Below, piece by piece: positions 9,369 through 19,542 of a stretch of DNA of 58,977 bases. The notes under the pieces were generated by a model that saw nothing but the letters and a program-made list of their open reading frames with translations, made no database searches and was not told the DNA's origin. Each line of letters opens with the position of its first letter. Positions within the stretch are counted from its first letter, which is position 1. The stretch is from the IMG/VR virus record IMGVR_UViG_3300025413_000008. One strand, written 5' to 3'. Source of the DNA: a virus. Its lineage: Duplodnaviria > Heunggongvirae > Uroviricota > Caudoviricetes. A program made the position numbers and the translations under genes.

Positions 9369-10952
9369 TTAAATTCCAAAATCAAGCGGTGGGGGTAGAT
9401 TACCACTGTCATCAGAGGTGCTTCCAATATACTGACTACCGGCCAACTCATTATTTTGATTACTGAGTGACTGTTGATTATTTGCAACTTCCTGTCCCAA
9501 TGATGATTGATATGAATATTGACCAGTTGCCAGAGACATCGGAGCCGGTGATATCATTATGCCATCAGAATTTGCATATGTAGCTGCTTGTTGTTCTGAA
9601 ATAGGATCACTATATGAAACGATAGTAGAATTATTGGATATCGGGAAATTTTGCTGATTTAATGTTGGGTTTTGTGCAATAGCAATTCCAGTACTAATAT
9701 CAGTAGCATTATATTGATTGCCAAAATAATCACTGGTAATGCCATCTTGCGCAACAGAAGGTGGGGATGAAAGTGCACCAATAACAGGAGTATTCGCAAG
9801 TCCAAGAGGACCAGGAGAAGATTGCGCATTCGGAATAGAAAATGGAGTATTTCTATTTGTTGGTGTATTCATGCTGGATTGTGCATATAGTCTATTTAAT
9901 TCCCCACCGTATGAATTATTGCCGACAGTATTAAATCCGTTATATGCAATATTCTGTGCTTGGGTTGCTCCGATCTGATTGAAATTTCCAGGCGAATCTA
10001 TGTAACCTCCAGAAGCATTTACAAGACCATTCTGCCCTAGTGCGTAACCATTGCTGTTGGGTGATGTAATTGGGCTTGGTGTATTATCGTAATTTGACGA
10101 ATCACCAAACCCCTTTACTATTTCACCGGGTGACTTACCGTCTATATTTCCATAATTATATATAACAGTTTCATAGTCTATAGTCATTCTATTTGACATT
10201 ATACCGTCTCCCGCTGCATAGGCATAAGTATCATGACTAAATGTGGTTATTACTGGATTGACAAAAGTGTATGCAGTAAATCTATGCTGATTCAACCCAA
10301 AAACTGTTATATTATTAAAAAATGGGTTTTTTTTGCCGGATTTGGCATCACTCTGTCCCCCAGAAAAGCCCCATGAGTTTTGTTGAGAAAATGTTTCTGA
10401 ATCACTATATAAAGTTCTTGTATTCACATCAGGAGTATTGATAAAGCTGTTACCCGGCTGTCCAGTTTGCGGGATCATACCATCATTATAGTAGTAGTTA
10501 TAGTAAGTTTCCCACAGCTTATTAATTTGATTAATATTATCATCATGGAAAACTATTTCAACTGGGTCATATTTTATTTTAGTCTGTATTATTCTTTTTC
10601 TATTATACTGGTTTAACTGAACTGTATTGAGTGAAAACGATGGAAGTTTAATCTCTTTGACTAATAATCCATAATTTGGCGTTTGTAATGAACTTCCACC
10701 TAAAGAAGAATTTTGCCCATACAGTATACCTTGCTGCGAAGGTTGATTGCTGGTAAGTGGCGTATTTAATGCATTGATATTGAAAAAAGTATGGAATAAA
10801 AACTTAAACTTTGGCGCGTTTGAATATGCGACAGGTCTAAACGTCTTAGAGGCATGCTGATAATCTCTAAGAACCACGGGACCGGGTAAACTCCCGGTCC
10901 CGTTTAGTGTAGTAGCTGCTCCATTCTGAAGATTTTGAAAAAATCCTGACAT
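9369..10952 (-). CDS. Tail-tube-fold baseplate/tube initiator protein
   Basis: VKEIKLPSFSL...NQYNRKRIIQTKIKYDPVEIVFHDD and MTIDYE match gp19-family tube motifs. Directly downstream of the tube gene, with a long low-complexity C-tail. Confidence 0.6.
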   Translation of the reverse strand: MSGFFQNLQNGAATTLNGTGSLPGPVVLRDYQHASKTFRPVAYSNAPKFKFLFHTFFNINALNTPLTSNQPSQQGILYGQNSSLGGSSLQTPNYGLLVKEIKLPSFSLNTVQLNQYNRKRIIQTKIKYDPVEIVFHDDNINQINKLWETYYNYYYNDGMIPQTGQPGNSFINTPDVNTRTLYSDSETFSQQNSWGFSGGQSDAKSGKKNPFFNNITVFGLNQHRFTAYTFVNPVITTFSHDTYAYAAGDGIMSNRMTIDYETVIYNYGNIDGKSPGEIVKGFGDSSNYDNTPSPITSPNSNGYALGQNGLVNASGGYIDSPGNFNQIGATQAQNIAYNGFNTVGNNSYGGELNRLYAQSSMNTPTNRNTPFSIPNAQSSPGPLGLANTPVIGALSSPPSVAQDGITSDYFGNQYNATDISTGIAIAQNPTLNQQNFPISNNSTIVSYSDPISEQQAATYANSDGIMISPAPMSLATGQYSYQSSLGQEVANNQQSLSNQNNELAGSQYIGSTSDDSGNLPPPLDFGI

Positions 10953-10973
10953 TATTAATGATATTCCTACCTG

Positions 10974-11621
10974 TTAAGCAGTAGTTCCACCAATGCCTGT
11001 TACAGAACCAGTTGTTCCATCAGCAATACGATTGATTGGAGTACCGACGCCAGAACCAAGTGGTGCCTGAATTGCGTTGTCATAGCGAAGTGATAGGGTA
11101 ATTCTTACTACTTCGCTTGTTGCATAATTCAGTGTATCGTAGTTGGCAGTTACTAGGTAGCAACCATATAGTTCCCAAGTTTCAAGAACTACTGGTGCAG
11201 ATGTTCCGTTACCACCATCAAGAATTTCAATATTGGTTTGGAATTTATAATCCTGTCCAGTCGCGGCAGAAGCCTGTTCAACAAAGTCAAGTTGTTTCTG
11301 AAGTTGTTCACCAACTGCACGCGAAACACTACCAGATGCGTCATCACGAATGTTAACTTGTAATGGTTGCCATTTGTGCTTACCTGCCAGATATAACGTC
11401 GAGTTGTAAACTGGAAGGGTAATTTCGTCAAATGTCACCTGAGGTCTTGCACAGTCAATTACTTGCTTCGTTAAACTTATTCCACTAGTTGAGCTAATAC
11501 CAAAGTTAAGAAAGTTAACTCTGAATCTGAACTGTAGTTTTGGCATCAACAAGCCTTGGTTTCCGCCAGCGTTATCTGATGCTACTGTCATGTTAAATAA
11601 TGATTGGCTTGCTGTTGCCAT
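10974..11621 (-). CDS. gp19: Tail tube protein (gp19-like)
   Basis: PKLQFRFRVNF, RPQVTFDEITL, LAGKHKWQPLQVNIRDD, ETWELYGCY, LSLRYDNA. Follows the sheath gene. Confidence 0.85.
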   Translation of the reverse strand: MATASQSLFNMTVASDNAGGNQGLLMPKLQFRFRVNFLNFGISSTSGISLTKQVIDCARPQVTFDEITLPVYNSTLYLAGKHKWQPLQVNIRDDASGSVSRAVGEQLQKQLDFVEQASAATGQDYKFQTNIEILDGGNGTSAPVVLETWELYGCYLVTANYDTLNYATSEVVRITLSLRYDNAIQAPLGSGVGTPINRIADGTTGSVTGIGGTTA

Positions 11622-11657
11622 TTGTATTCTCCTGTTATATATATATTTATCTTTAGT

Positions 11658-11684
11658 TAGAGTGGGTGCCGAGCACCCACTCTA
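11658..11684 (-). terminator. Strong hairpin between sheath and tube genes
   Basis: TAGAGTGGGTGC-n3-GCACCCACTCTA, a perfect 12-bp stem. No long U-tract on the minus strand, so it may be a stability/processing hairpin. Confidence 0.5.
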
Positions 11685-11689
11685 TGTTT

Positions 11690-14600
11690 TTATTGACCTT
11701 TATTGTTACCCAATGTACCAGTAGCAAGGACGCGAACTGGGATATAGATGAATTCAACAGCCTTGACTGGTTCAATTGCAACGTCTACCCAAAGTTCATT
11801 TCTATCAATTCTTGCTGGTGTGTTGTTTGACAGATCACATACTACCAAGTAGTCATATAAGCCTCTCTTAGCAACAAGATCAACCAACAGTGACTGAATT
11901 ACACCAGTGATTTGACTTCTAGTGAGTGAATCATTAGGTTCAAACACAAATGGTCTTGCCGCTAGAGTCAACTGGCGACGGAGATAAGCGATAAGTCTTG
12001 CAACGTTGATTCTATCAAGTGCAGAACTTGACTTATAACTAGTGATATTACCATAGCACAACAGTCCGTTTCCTGAGAAGAAAACAAGTGGGTTGATTTC
12101 ATTTTCATATAGAGTATCACGGATACCTTGGCTGGTCTTAACCGTAATAAAACTGCCTGTAGCTGAATCAATATAACCAAGACTTGTGGCATTATCAATG
12201 ATTCCACGACGAGTACCTGCCGCCGCAAACCAAGGATAAGCGATGTTATCGTTACGTAAGAATGTTCTGATCATCATGTGTGATGGCGGAACTGCAACGA
12301 TATTCCCATTTAAATCGGATGTTGTGCCCGATGGGTAGAACAATCCAAGATAAGTGTCACGATTTACAAGACCATTCATATCAGTAGTTACTGATCCATA
12401 TGAGTTATTTGCCCATGCCTGAATTGCAGTTCCAGTTGCTGGAAGATTCATTGGAGTATCTCCAACAATGTATCCAGTTTGACCACGATCATCGTTGAGA
12501 ACAATCATGTTTGGTTGAAGTTCAGGGTAGTTTGGAGCAGCGATCAAGTTGAAGAAATTGTCTTCGTCACGAATTGCAGTATTAGTATCAATAGTTGCTC
12601 TCATTGCTTTGACAACCATTGCTCTCTGAGCATTGCTTCCCATGTATGGAGTGCCATCTTCCATATTACCAGATACCGTTACCCAAGCATCGGTTACTGC
12701 GGGAAGAGTAGCACCAGGGAAAGTGCTGTTATTGAAGTAATTAGCAATATATTGCTTTACATTATACCCTGAGCGTCTAGTGTTATATAGCAGCATACCT
12801 ACTGGATAAAGAGAATGATTCGGAGCATCCAAATCAAGATAATTGCTAGTGAGCAATGATTGAATCGTAGGAATTGCATCTGTTACAGGGCTAACAGACC
12901 CTGACGTTCCCCAACGAGCATCTTGGAAAATGATACCACTTGAATCAACGTGATCAGCAGTATTAATCATTACCCATTGTGCAGTTTGCGGATTACCTGC
13001 AAGTTGCCAACGATAAATGACTGGATATTCTGTCAAGTTTGCAGTATCAATCCAGAGATCACCATATTGAAGTGCTGTGCCATCTGATTGTGTAGTTGGC
13101 ATAGTAGCACTAACAAGCGGTCCATTCGGATCAGTTACTGGAGTTCCGGTTGGGAGAGGGAATCCGTTTGAATTAAAGCATACGTTATTATATCCCTTCC
13201 ATCCAGTTGAAGTATTGACCATGATGTCAACCTGATCAACTACTGAATAGAACCAATTAGTTCCAGACGCTGGAGCATTAAATGGTGCGCCAGAAGATGC
13301 CTGCATTGTAAATTCTTGCCAGTTTGACAACTGGGTTGAATATGCAATTGGACCCACACCGGACTTAAAGGAGACAGCAGTTACTACGCCAGCACTTACT
13401 GCTTCAACAGTCACGATTAGATCATTGGCAGGTGATGTTCCACCAAATTGTGTACCATTAAAGGTTATGCTGTTACCTACTGCGTAACCAGAACCACCAC
13501 TTACAAAACTAGTTGGATTTACGTAGTATGTTTGGTAGTAATTTGTTACTTTAAGTTGTAGACCAGAACCACTGCCACCTGAACTTGCAGTTGGAGTGAA
13601 GCTTGCTACGCCAAATGGACCTTCTTTGACTCCCTGTGTTGTTCCAATTACAAATCCGGCATCCATCATCAATCCATTGCTCAATCCAGTGGTTGGACTT
13701 ACATCGTTAACGACAATTGTACCACCGGCAGTATGAGTAAGTTGAATTGATCCTGTTGCAGTTAATGCAGCAGAAGTATATGGAATATTTGCTGCTTGCC
13801 ATGCTGCAACAAAGTCTGCACCAGTAACCAAGGCTGTTCCGTTTGTTCCGCCGAAAGTATATGCGGCTGATAAACTATTTGAACCGGGAACCGATACAAA
13901 AACATTTGCACTATACAATGTAGTTATTGTTGCAGTGCCTGATCCTGTTCCAGGTCCAGATGCAGTAAATTGTGTGCCTATATTGTTGTTTGCTGCACCA
14001 ATCAACGTAAAGTCAGTAGTTCCTACTGTTTTAATAGTATACAAGGTTCCGGTTACAAAAGAACCTGCGTTAACTGTTGTTGTATTACCAAAGGATGGTG
14101 CATTGTTATTACCGGTGATAATAGTTGGACCAGTTGCAATTCTTTCCCAATAATAAAGTGGAGAGTTGACCCAGCCAGTTCTTACATCTTGGTCATACCA
14201 GTATTGAGTATAGACTGTTCCGGCAGGAATTGCTAACCCACCAGTTGAGTCAAGAGCAGCAGTAGCATTCCAATCGTCAGTTGCATAACTTACTAACTGC
14301 GGAACCCAAGTGGCAGTGGTGGAATTCCACTGTTTGATTACTGTATTCAGACCGTTTCCTGCTGAACCAACTTTGAACCATACTGAACCCGATGGTGCAG
14401 GATATGTTTGACCAGATTGCCATAATGGCTGTTGAGCGGAAGTTCCATATGTGGTTTGTGGCTGATAGTATGTGCCTGTAGTAATTCCCAGTGCAGACAA
14501 AAGAGTGCTTGTTCCAGCAATTCCAAGAGAAAATGGTACAGCGAGATTAGCAAAATTAGCATTAGTTTGCTTTGAGTAAATTTGTAAGTTTCCACCTACT

Positions 14601-15457
14601 ACAGCAGCAGATAATGGAGTTAATCCTGCGGCATTAATCTGGCTACTGATGTTACTAATATTGTTGTTTGGAGAAGCAGGAACTGTAATAGTTAGCTGCG
14701 CGCCACCATTGATTGTAATGGTCAAGTTATCGCCCGGATTCAGTGTTGGATTTGGTGCAGGAGCAGCACCCATAACAGTTGGAAGTGAACCCAACCATGA
14801 ATAACTTCCTACAGGTGCCCACGTATTTCCCGGAACTTTCTTGAAGAACATAGGAGCATTTGATGCACTTGGATAATTGTAGTTAGGGACAGCAACAACA
14901 GCGTATTGGCCAATACTACCGATAGAAGGTGATGGCGCAGTTCCAGAAAGCTGTGAAGCCAAAGTTAAAACGAGTGGAGTTTGAAGGGCAAATTGTCCGG
15001 TGGTTGAATTGAATTCGTAAATTCCCCAAGTAGAATTAGTTGTATCTAACCAATAAGTACCATTTGCTGGATTTCCAAGTGGGCGACCAGTTGAACCAAC
15101 AAGACTTGCCAAATCAATATCTGCTCTCAAGCAATATACTTGGTTAGTTACGCCGAGTGCAGAATAAGCAGCAAGCAATCCATATTCGTTCAATTCATAA
15201 CCATTGATCGGAGTGCCATTGGTTGTGTTATAGAAGAATGGATTACCATAAGTATTAACTAGGTCTTGCTGACTAGTTATCAAGTAAAGTTGACCAGCAT
15301 TAGCAGCAGTAGTTCCAGTTGCAACAGCAGTAGAATTTGGCTGAGCCTTATTCTGTGCAGTGGCAAGCAAAATAAACGGAATAGAATTAGTTGGTGCCGA
15401 TACGTATTGTGACTGGTCAATAACGGTAACTTGTACACCTGGGGATACTAGTGTCAT
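11690..15457 (-). CDS. gp18: Tail sheath protein (gp18-like), enlarged
   Basis: N-term LVSPGVQVTVIDQS. C-term PPSH, PWFAAAGTRRG, RDTLYENEINP, ALDRINVARL, FVFEPND, YLVVCD.SNNTPARIDRNELWVDVAIEPVKAVEFIYIP. Confidence 0.95.
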   Translation of the reverse strand: MTLVSPGVQVTVIDQSQYVSAPTNSIPFILLATAQNKAQPNSTAVATGTTAANAGQLYLITSQQDLVNTYGNPFFYNTTNGTPINGYELNEYGLLAAYSALGVTNQVYCLRADIDLASLVGSTGRPLGNPANGTYWLDTTNSTWGIYEFNSTTGQFALQTPLVLTLASQLSGTAPSPSIGSIGQYAVVAVPNYNYPSASNAPMFFKKVPGNTWAPVGSYSWLGSLPTVMGAAPAPNPTLNPGDNLTITINGGAQLTITVPASPNNNISNISSQINAAGLTPLSAAVVGGNLQIYSKQTNANFANLAVPFSLGIAGTSTLLSALGITTGTYYQPQTTYGTSAQQPLWQSGQTYPAPSGSVWFKVGSAGNGLNTVIKQWNSTTATWVPQLVSYATDDWNATAALDSTGGLAIPAGTVYTQYWYDQDVRTGWVNSPLYYWERIATGPTIITGNNNAPSFGNTTTVNAGSFVTGTLYTIKTVGTTDFTLIGAANNNIGTQFTASGPGTGSGTATITTLYSANVFVSVPGSNSLSAAYTFGGTNGTALVTGADFVAAWQAANIPYTSAALTATGSIQLTHTAGGTIVVNDVSPTTGLSNGLMMDAGFVIGTTQGVKEGPFGVASFTPTASSGGSGSGLQLKVTNYYQTYYVNPTSFVSGGSGYAVGNSITFNGTQFGGTSPANDLIVTVEAVSAGVVTAVSFKSGVGPIAYSTQLSNWQEFTMQASSGAPFNAPASGTNWFYSVVDQVDIMVNTSTGWKGYNNVCFNSNGFPLPTGTPVTDPNGPLVSATMPTTQSDGTALQYGDLWIDTANLTEYPVIYRWQLAGNPQTAQWVMINTADHVDSSGIIFQDARWGTSGSVSPVTDAIPTIQSLLTSNYLDLDAPNHSLYPVGMLLYNTRRSGYNVKQYIANYFNNSTFPGATLPAVTDAWVTVSGNMEDGTPYMGSNAQRAMVVKAMRATIDTNTAIRDEDNFFNLIAAPNYPELQPNMIVLNDDRGQTGYIVGDTPMNLPATGTAIQAWANNSYGSVTTDMNGLVNRDTYLGLFYPSGTTSDLNGNIVAVPPSHMMIRTFLRNDNIAYPWFAAAGTRRGIIDNATSLGYIDSATGSFITVKTSQGIRDTLYENEINPLVFFSGNGLLCYGNITSYKSSSALDRINVARLIAYLRRQLTLAARPFVFEPNDSLTRSQITGVIQSLLVDLVAKRGLYDYLVVCDLSNNTPARIDRNELWVDVAIEPVKAVEFIYIPVRVLATGTLGNNKGQ

Positions 15458-15593
15458 ATTTGTTTTCCTTTTGTATAATTATAAGGTATACCACCTGACC
15501 AAAACTTTCATTTTGGTTTCTAAATGTATTTAGGAAAAGTTTTCAAAATATGCCTGTTAACGAGTCTTTAAAGACTTTTTGTTAAATAGTATC

Positions 15594-15938
15594 ATGAGAC
15601 CTATGTGTAAATCCTGTAATAAAAATGCGTGTTCTATCAACTACACCAGACTGGGTAAAACCTATTATCGCAATAAGTGCTACCATTGCAGGAAAAACAA
15701 ACCAAGAAAAAAATCCACGGTATATCTATGGGAAAAGGCTGGATATGCAAAAAAACCGCACTGTGATTTGTGCGGTTTTAAGAGTTTGTATACCAGTCAA
15801 ATTGTGGTATTTCACATTGATGGAAATTTAGAGAACGTTTTGTTTAATAATTTGCGAAGTATTTGTCTTAATTGTGTTGAGGTGGTAAATCGTAAAGAAG
15901 TTAATTGGAAGCGTGGAGACTTACGAGTTGATCGCTGA
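15594..15938 (+). CDS. Zn-finger/HNH-like protein
   Basis: Four CxxC pairs and HIDGN..N....NL..ICLNC (HNH-like, final His absent). ATG at 15594 is 5 nt after TTAAATA. Confidence 0.6.
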   Translation: MRPMCKSCNKNACSINYTRLGKTYYRNKCYHCRKNKPRKKSTVYLWEKAGYAKKPHCDLCGFKSLYTSQIVVFHIDGNLENVLFNNLRSICLNCVEVVNRKEVNWKRGDLRVDR

Positions 15939-16571
15939 AATGATTGAAGCAATTTGCTGATGCAAACTATCAATTGTTCCATTGTTATCAAGGTGCGCGT
16001 CATAGTCTAATCCAACACTTGAATATTCACTGGCATGAATTCCTAAATCTTCAAGTAACTTTTGGCAAAAAAACTTTGCATCTTCACTGTCTGTTGTGTT
16101 TAAGGTAGTTGCATGAGTAACCCAATTAGGCTCCTCACCACGATGACATCGCATGGTGATACCGCCTGCATTTTTGATAGCAGCAAGTTCGTTGGGAAAT
16201 CTGCAATCAGTAATGACGATATCTTCATTGGTGCTGCGTAATTTGTTTTCTAACGCAGCAACCCAAATATCATTATGAAATGACTTACGAGCAACTTCTG
16301 TTCCCCATTGCTGTAGAACCCAACGCGGAGTTAGGTGGGGAATATCTAAACGCGATGCCCACCATTCGTCAACCTGCTCTCGCCATTCTCTGCTGGCCTT
16401 GGTTGATCCTTCAAGGAGTTCTCGGTCCCAACTGAAAATACTTGAAATAGCATCCTTCAATGTTGAGGCAAAACTCATGCGTTTGAAGCCGTGGAAAGTG
16501 CAAAGGAAATCTGCTGCGGTGTCTTTTCCTGAACCAATTAGTCCAGTAATACCTATAATTTTATTTTTCAT
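15921..16571 (-). CDS. Deoxynucleoside monophosphate kinase (T4 gp1-like)
   Basis: IIGITGLIGSGKDT P-loop, SFA..LKD, TPRWVLQQWGTE, VITDCRFPNE, H.SE. Confidence 0.9.
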   Translation of the reverse strand: MKNKIIGITGLIGSGKDTAADFLCTFHGFKRMSFASTLKDAISSIFSWDRELLEGSTKASREWREQVDEWWASRLDIPHLTPRWVLQQWGTEVARKSFHNDIWVAALENKLRSTNEDIVITDCRFPNELAAIKNAGGITMRCHRGEEPNWVTHATTLNTTDSEDAKFFCQKLLEDLGIHASEYSSVGLDYDAHLDNNGTIDSLHQQIASIISAINS

Positions 16572-16621
16572 TTTTTTAACATACTGTAAAGTTAGAGGAA
16601 TGTCAAGTCTTAGATTGCACC

Positions 16622-16774
16622 TTAGTCATCAAGAGTTCCTATAATATAGTTCATCTGTAGGTCACTAATATCATCTCTGAGTTTTTCTTCTTCCTCAGTC
16701 GTAATAGTTCCTGCCTTGATTCCATTGTTTAAATCTTCAATTAATTTTATAATTTTTTGCTGTTCTTCAATCAT
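16622..16774 (-). CDS. Small hypothetical protein (50 aa)
   Basis: Hand-translated MIEEQQKIIKLIEDLNNG...GTLDD. ATG overlaps the upstream TAA (TAATG). Confidence 0.55.
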   Translation of the reverse strand: MIEEQQKIIKLIEDLNNGIKAGTITTEEEEKLRDDISDLQMNYIIGTLDD

Positions 16775-17559
16775 TAACCTTGAATCCATGTCAATGGCTG
16801 GCTGTAATCTACATAGTTCTTGAGGTCCATCATCAAACGTTCCTGTTCTGCTTTGGCTTCATTCTTCATTGCTGTGCCGTTTAAGGTTGTTCCGCCACTT
16901 GGACCCGCAATGCTCCCAAATTTTTCACGCGCTTCACCAATGATCATTTTACACTGTGCGAGCATAAAGTCGCCAATCCAAATACCAGCGCCGGGGTCTT
17001 GTAAAAGTTCCCATTCTGGGCGCTGAACATCAGCCCAAATAAGAATACGTTCACCAGTTCCCTTAAAGTCACGAGTGATCTTTAGAGCCTTTGTAACAGG
17101 ATTGAACGTATAGGTAAGATAACCACCAAACATACGCGCTGCAAGTTCAACGTAACCTGCATAAAAATCGTATGTGGCCATACCACCCGTGTAGTTGTAG
17201 TTCAACAAATAGGTGTTTAAGATGGCGCTTGAGAATGGGTCAAAGGACGAGGAAGACGGACCAGTTTCAAGACCCACTGTGCGTCTGAACAGAGAACGAA
17301 CGTTTATGAACTCAGAAGGCAACGTATAAGTATCAACATTTTTGATAACCGTCATCAGAGTGTATGTTTCTTGAGTTGCATTCTGTGCTCTTTGACGATA
17401 CACCTTAATTGCATAGTTGTATGCAGCCTCATAGTGCTGGGGATCAAGTTCAAGGTCTATAATTCCATCGCCTAGACGATATCTGATATTATCAAAAAAT
17501 GCTTCCTTGAGTTGATCAAGATCAAGATTCGTAGGCGTTGATAGAATGTTTGCAGTCAT
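16774..17559 (-). CDS. gp13: Neck protein (gp13-like head-tail adaptor)
   Basis: RLGDGIIDLELD..H, C-term K.IIGEAREKF..I.GPSGGTTLNG..MK.EA..E.ERL. Late promoter at 17581. Confidence 0.8.
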   Translation of the reverse strand: MTANILSTPTNLDLDQLKEAFFDNIRYRLGDGIIDLELDPQHYEAAYNYAIKVYRQRAQNATQETYTLMTVIKNVDTYTLPSEFINVRSLFRRTVGLETGPSSSSFDPFSSAILNTYLLNYNYTGGMATYDFYAGYVELAARMFGGYLTYTFNPVTKALKITRDFKGTGERILIWADVQRPEWELLQDPGAGIWIGDFMLAQCKMIIGEAREKFGSIAGPSGGTTLNGTAMKNEAKAEQERLMMDLKNYVDYSQPLTWIQG

Positions 17560-17579
17560 AGTCGTGTTCCCTCATAATG

Positions 17580-17786
17580 TTATTTATCAGGAAACGACAG
17601 ACCTTGGTTCTCTTTAACGATTTGCGTATTAATCCATATATGACCATCTACATCCCACGTGCTTCCCGTAGGATGATATTCATTATAAGGACAAACGTGT
17701 TCTCCCTGTTGATTAGGATGTTCCTTGTTTGGAACGTAGATCGTAAAAACCTTACATTCCAAACAATAACTGGGTCCTAAGCCCAT
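17580..17786 (-). CDS. Small Cys/His-containing hypothetical protein
   Basis: 68 aa with CLEC...HVCP. Start is coupled to the upstream stop. Confidence 0.5.
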   Translation of the reverse strand: MGLGPSYCLECKVFTIYVPNKEHPNQQGEHVCPYNEYHPTGSTWDVDGHIWINTQIVKENQGLSFPDK

Positions 17787-18175
17787 TATTGCACTCCATT
17801 TTTTTTATCAATAATGCTTCTAAGATTGGGCTTAAAGTAGTTAGGTCCCTTGAGGATTTTACCATCGTCTCTATAAATGGGAAGCCCATCCGCACCGAGT
17901 TTACTCATATTTGAGTTGTGAATTTCTTCAAATACCTCATCTAATGGAATCCCATATGTAATTGCTGTCCCATAGATGACGTAAAGCATATCACCCAGAG
18001 CATCCGCAATTTCTACAATATCATTGTTTTCTTCGCCGGTTAGATATTCATTAAATTCCTCCTGAAGCAGAGACTTTCTCAATTTCCGTTCTTCTTGGTC
18101 AGGTAGTTCTGGATTCTTTCCAATATAAGACCCGTAGGTTTCATGAAACTGCTTCACCATATGAGTTTTATTCAT
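17786..18175 (-). CDS. MazG-like/PRA-PH family NTP pyrophosphohydrolase
   Basis: VKQFH, LLQEEFNEY, EIADALGDMLYV.YG, EIHNSNMSKL, DGKILKGPNYFKP. Confidence 0.88.
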   Translation of the reverse strand: MNKTHMVKQFHETYGSYIGKNPELPDQEERKLRKSLLQEEFNEYLTGEENNDIVEIADALGDMLYVIYGTAITYGIPLDEVFEEIHNSNMSKLGADGLPIYRDDGKILKGPNYFKPNLRSIIDKKNGVQ

Positions 18176-18196
18176 TATTTTTCCTTTTTAATGTGT

Positions 18197-19444
18197 TCAC
18201 CAAACTTTAAGAATGATGATACTTTCGTTCGTGCGACCATTCGGAATTGTCGCTACAGTTTTAATTTCGTCAAAGAATTTGCGACCGGCAGGTTTACCAA
18301 TCTTCATGAACTCTTTGAGTTGTTCATGTGGCTTTCTCAAAGTTTTAGATTGACTTTTCTTAGTATCAAAACCCAGAATGGTAGTTCCCTTGACTGTAAA
18401 GCATTTGCTATATTCATCTGCAATCAGATAGATCAACTTGCGCTTAGCAGTGTCATAAAGATATGCCTCAGTTGCATTATGCAACTTCACAGGAGATACG
18501 CTTGTCAAGTCAAGTTTTACAGTATCATCTTTAAAGTGCTTTAGATACTTCAACTTAGAAACAATCTTTTCTACTGGAACTGTCTTCTTAGGACGGGGTG
18601 CCCGAGTTGCCTGTTTGATAGCAACGTAATCACCCAAATCATCAATGATTTGGCCAGCAAACTTGATCATGTTATTGATCTGAGTGCGTGTGTATTTGGC
18701 ATACCCTTCTTTAATTTCGGGGTCTTTTCCAATCTTTGCCGCCTCATATTCAAACTTAATGTTTTCCCAATGCTTGACATATTGCCCAATATGGTGTGGC
18801 AATACCTTCTGCTCATTCAAAGTCGCATGAACTTTATCTCTGGTGGCGAATTCTTTTGGACAAGAAGAATTGATAAAATCATCAGCAAGTGCTTCAATTT
18901 CGCTAAATGCATCGCTTGCGCGTTCTCGCATTACTTCCTGTATGTTTTGACGAGTAGCAATCTTTGGCGCGGCATCGGTGCTATTCATAGCAACATCAAG
19001 TTTGCCAGCGTTAATAGCATGTTCAATTCTGAGTTTTACAAAATTTGACAGGGGAGCTACTTCTCCACTGGTTCCGCGCAAGTCTTTCCAATATCCTGCT
19101 TCTGCTTGGTTGAAGTCTGGACACCCGGTGCGCAGTAGTTTACAAATAATAGCAGTCCATACACTAATACCATTCCACCCAGTAGCCTTTGTGGCATTTC
19201 TGATGTCCTGATTAGTATATCCATTTTCCTTCATCCATGCCCACACTTCAGGGAGCAAGTCTGTTTCCTGATAGTTTTCGTAATAAAAATACTTGGCATC
19301 GTTCTTGAATTTATAGAATTTTTCACCAGTCCAGTTATCCCATCCAGTAAAATCTGGTCCAGACAATTTCTTGCCGCGCCTTACTGTTGGTGCTGCACGA
19401 GTAGATTTTTTCTTAGTCTTAATCAGTGATGGGCGTCGTGCCAT
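18197..19444 (-). CDS. Hypothetical phage protein (basic, 415 aa)
   Basis: Long ORF with GGAG RBS and a sigma70-like promoter at 19471-19499. Confidence 0.7.
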   Translation of the reverse strand: MARRPSLIKTKKKSTRAAPTVRRGKKLSGPDFTGWDNWTGEKFYKFKNDAKYFYYENYQETDLLPEVWAWMKENGYTNQDIRNATKATGWNGISVWTAIICKLLRTGCPDFNQAEAGYWKDLRGTSGEVAPLSNFVKLRIEHAINAGKLDVAMNSTDAAPKIATRQNIQEVMRERASDAFSEIEALADDFINSSCPKEFATRDKVHATLNEQKVLPHHIGQYVKHWENIKFEYEAAKIGKDPEIKEGYAKYTRTQINNMIKFAGQIIDDLGDYVAIKQATRAPRPKKTVPVEKIVSKLKYLKHFKDDTVKLDLTSVSPVKLHNATEAYLYDTAKRKLIYLIADEYSKCFTVKGTTILGFDTKKSQSKTLRKPHEQLKEFMKIGKPAGRKFFDEIKTVATIPNGRTNESIIILKVW

Positions 19445-19503
19445 TTAAATCTCCATGTATTGAAATGTTACTTATACTAAACTATAAGGAGATTGTCAAT
19501 TAG

Positions 19504-19533
19504 AAAAAAGCCCTGCCAAATTAATGACAGGGC
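19504..19533 (-). terminator. Intrinsic terminator
   Basis: GCCCTGTCA-ttaatt-TGGCAGGGC followed by TTTTTT on the minus strand. Confidence 0.75.
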
Positions 19534-19542
19534 AACTTTCAT

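Noticed and set aside
15594-15938. Active mobile HNH homing endonuclease
   Set aside because: The final metal-binding His is absent and I saw no insertion scar; kept only as a Zn-finger/HNH-like protein.
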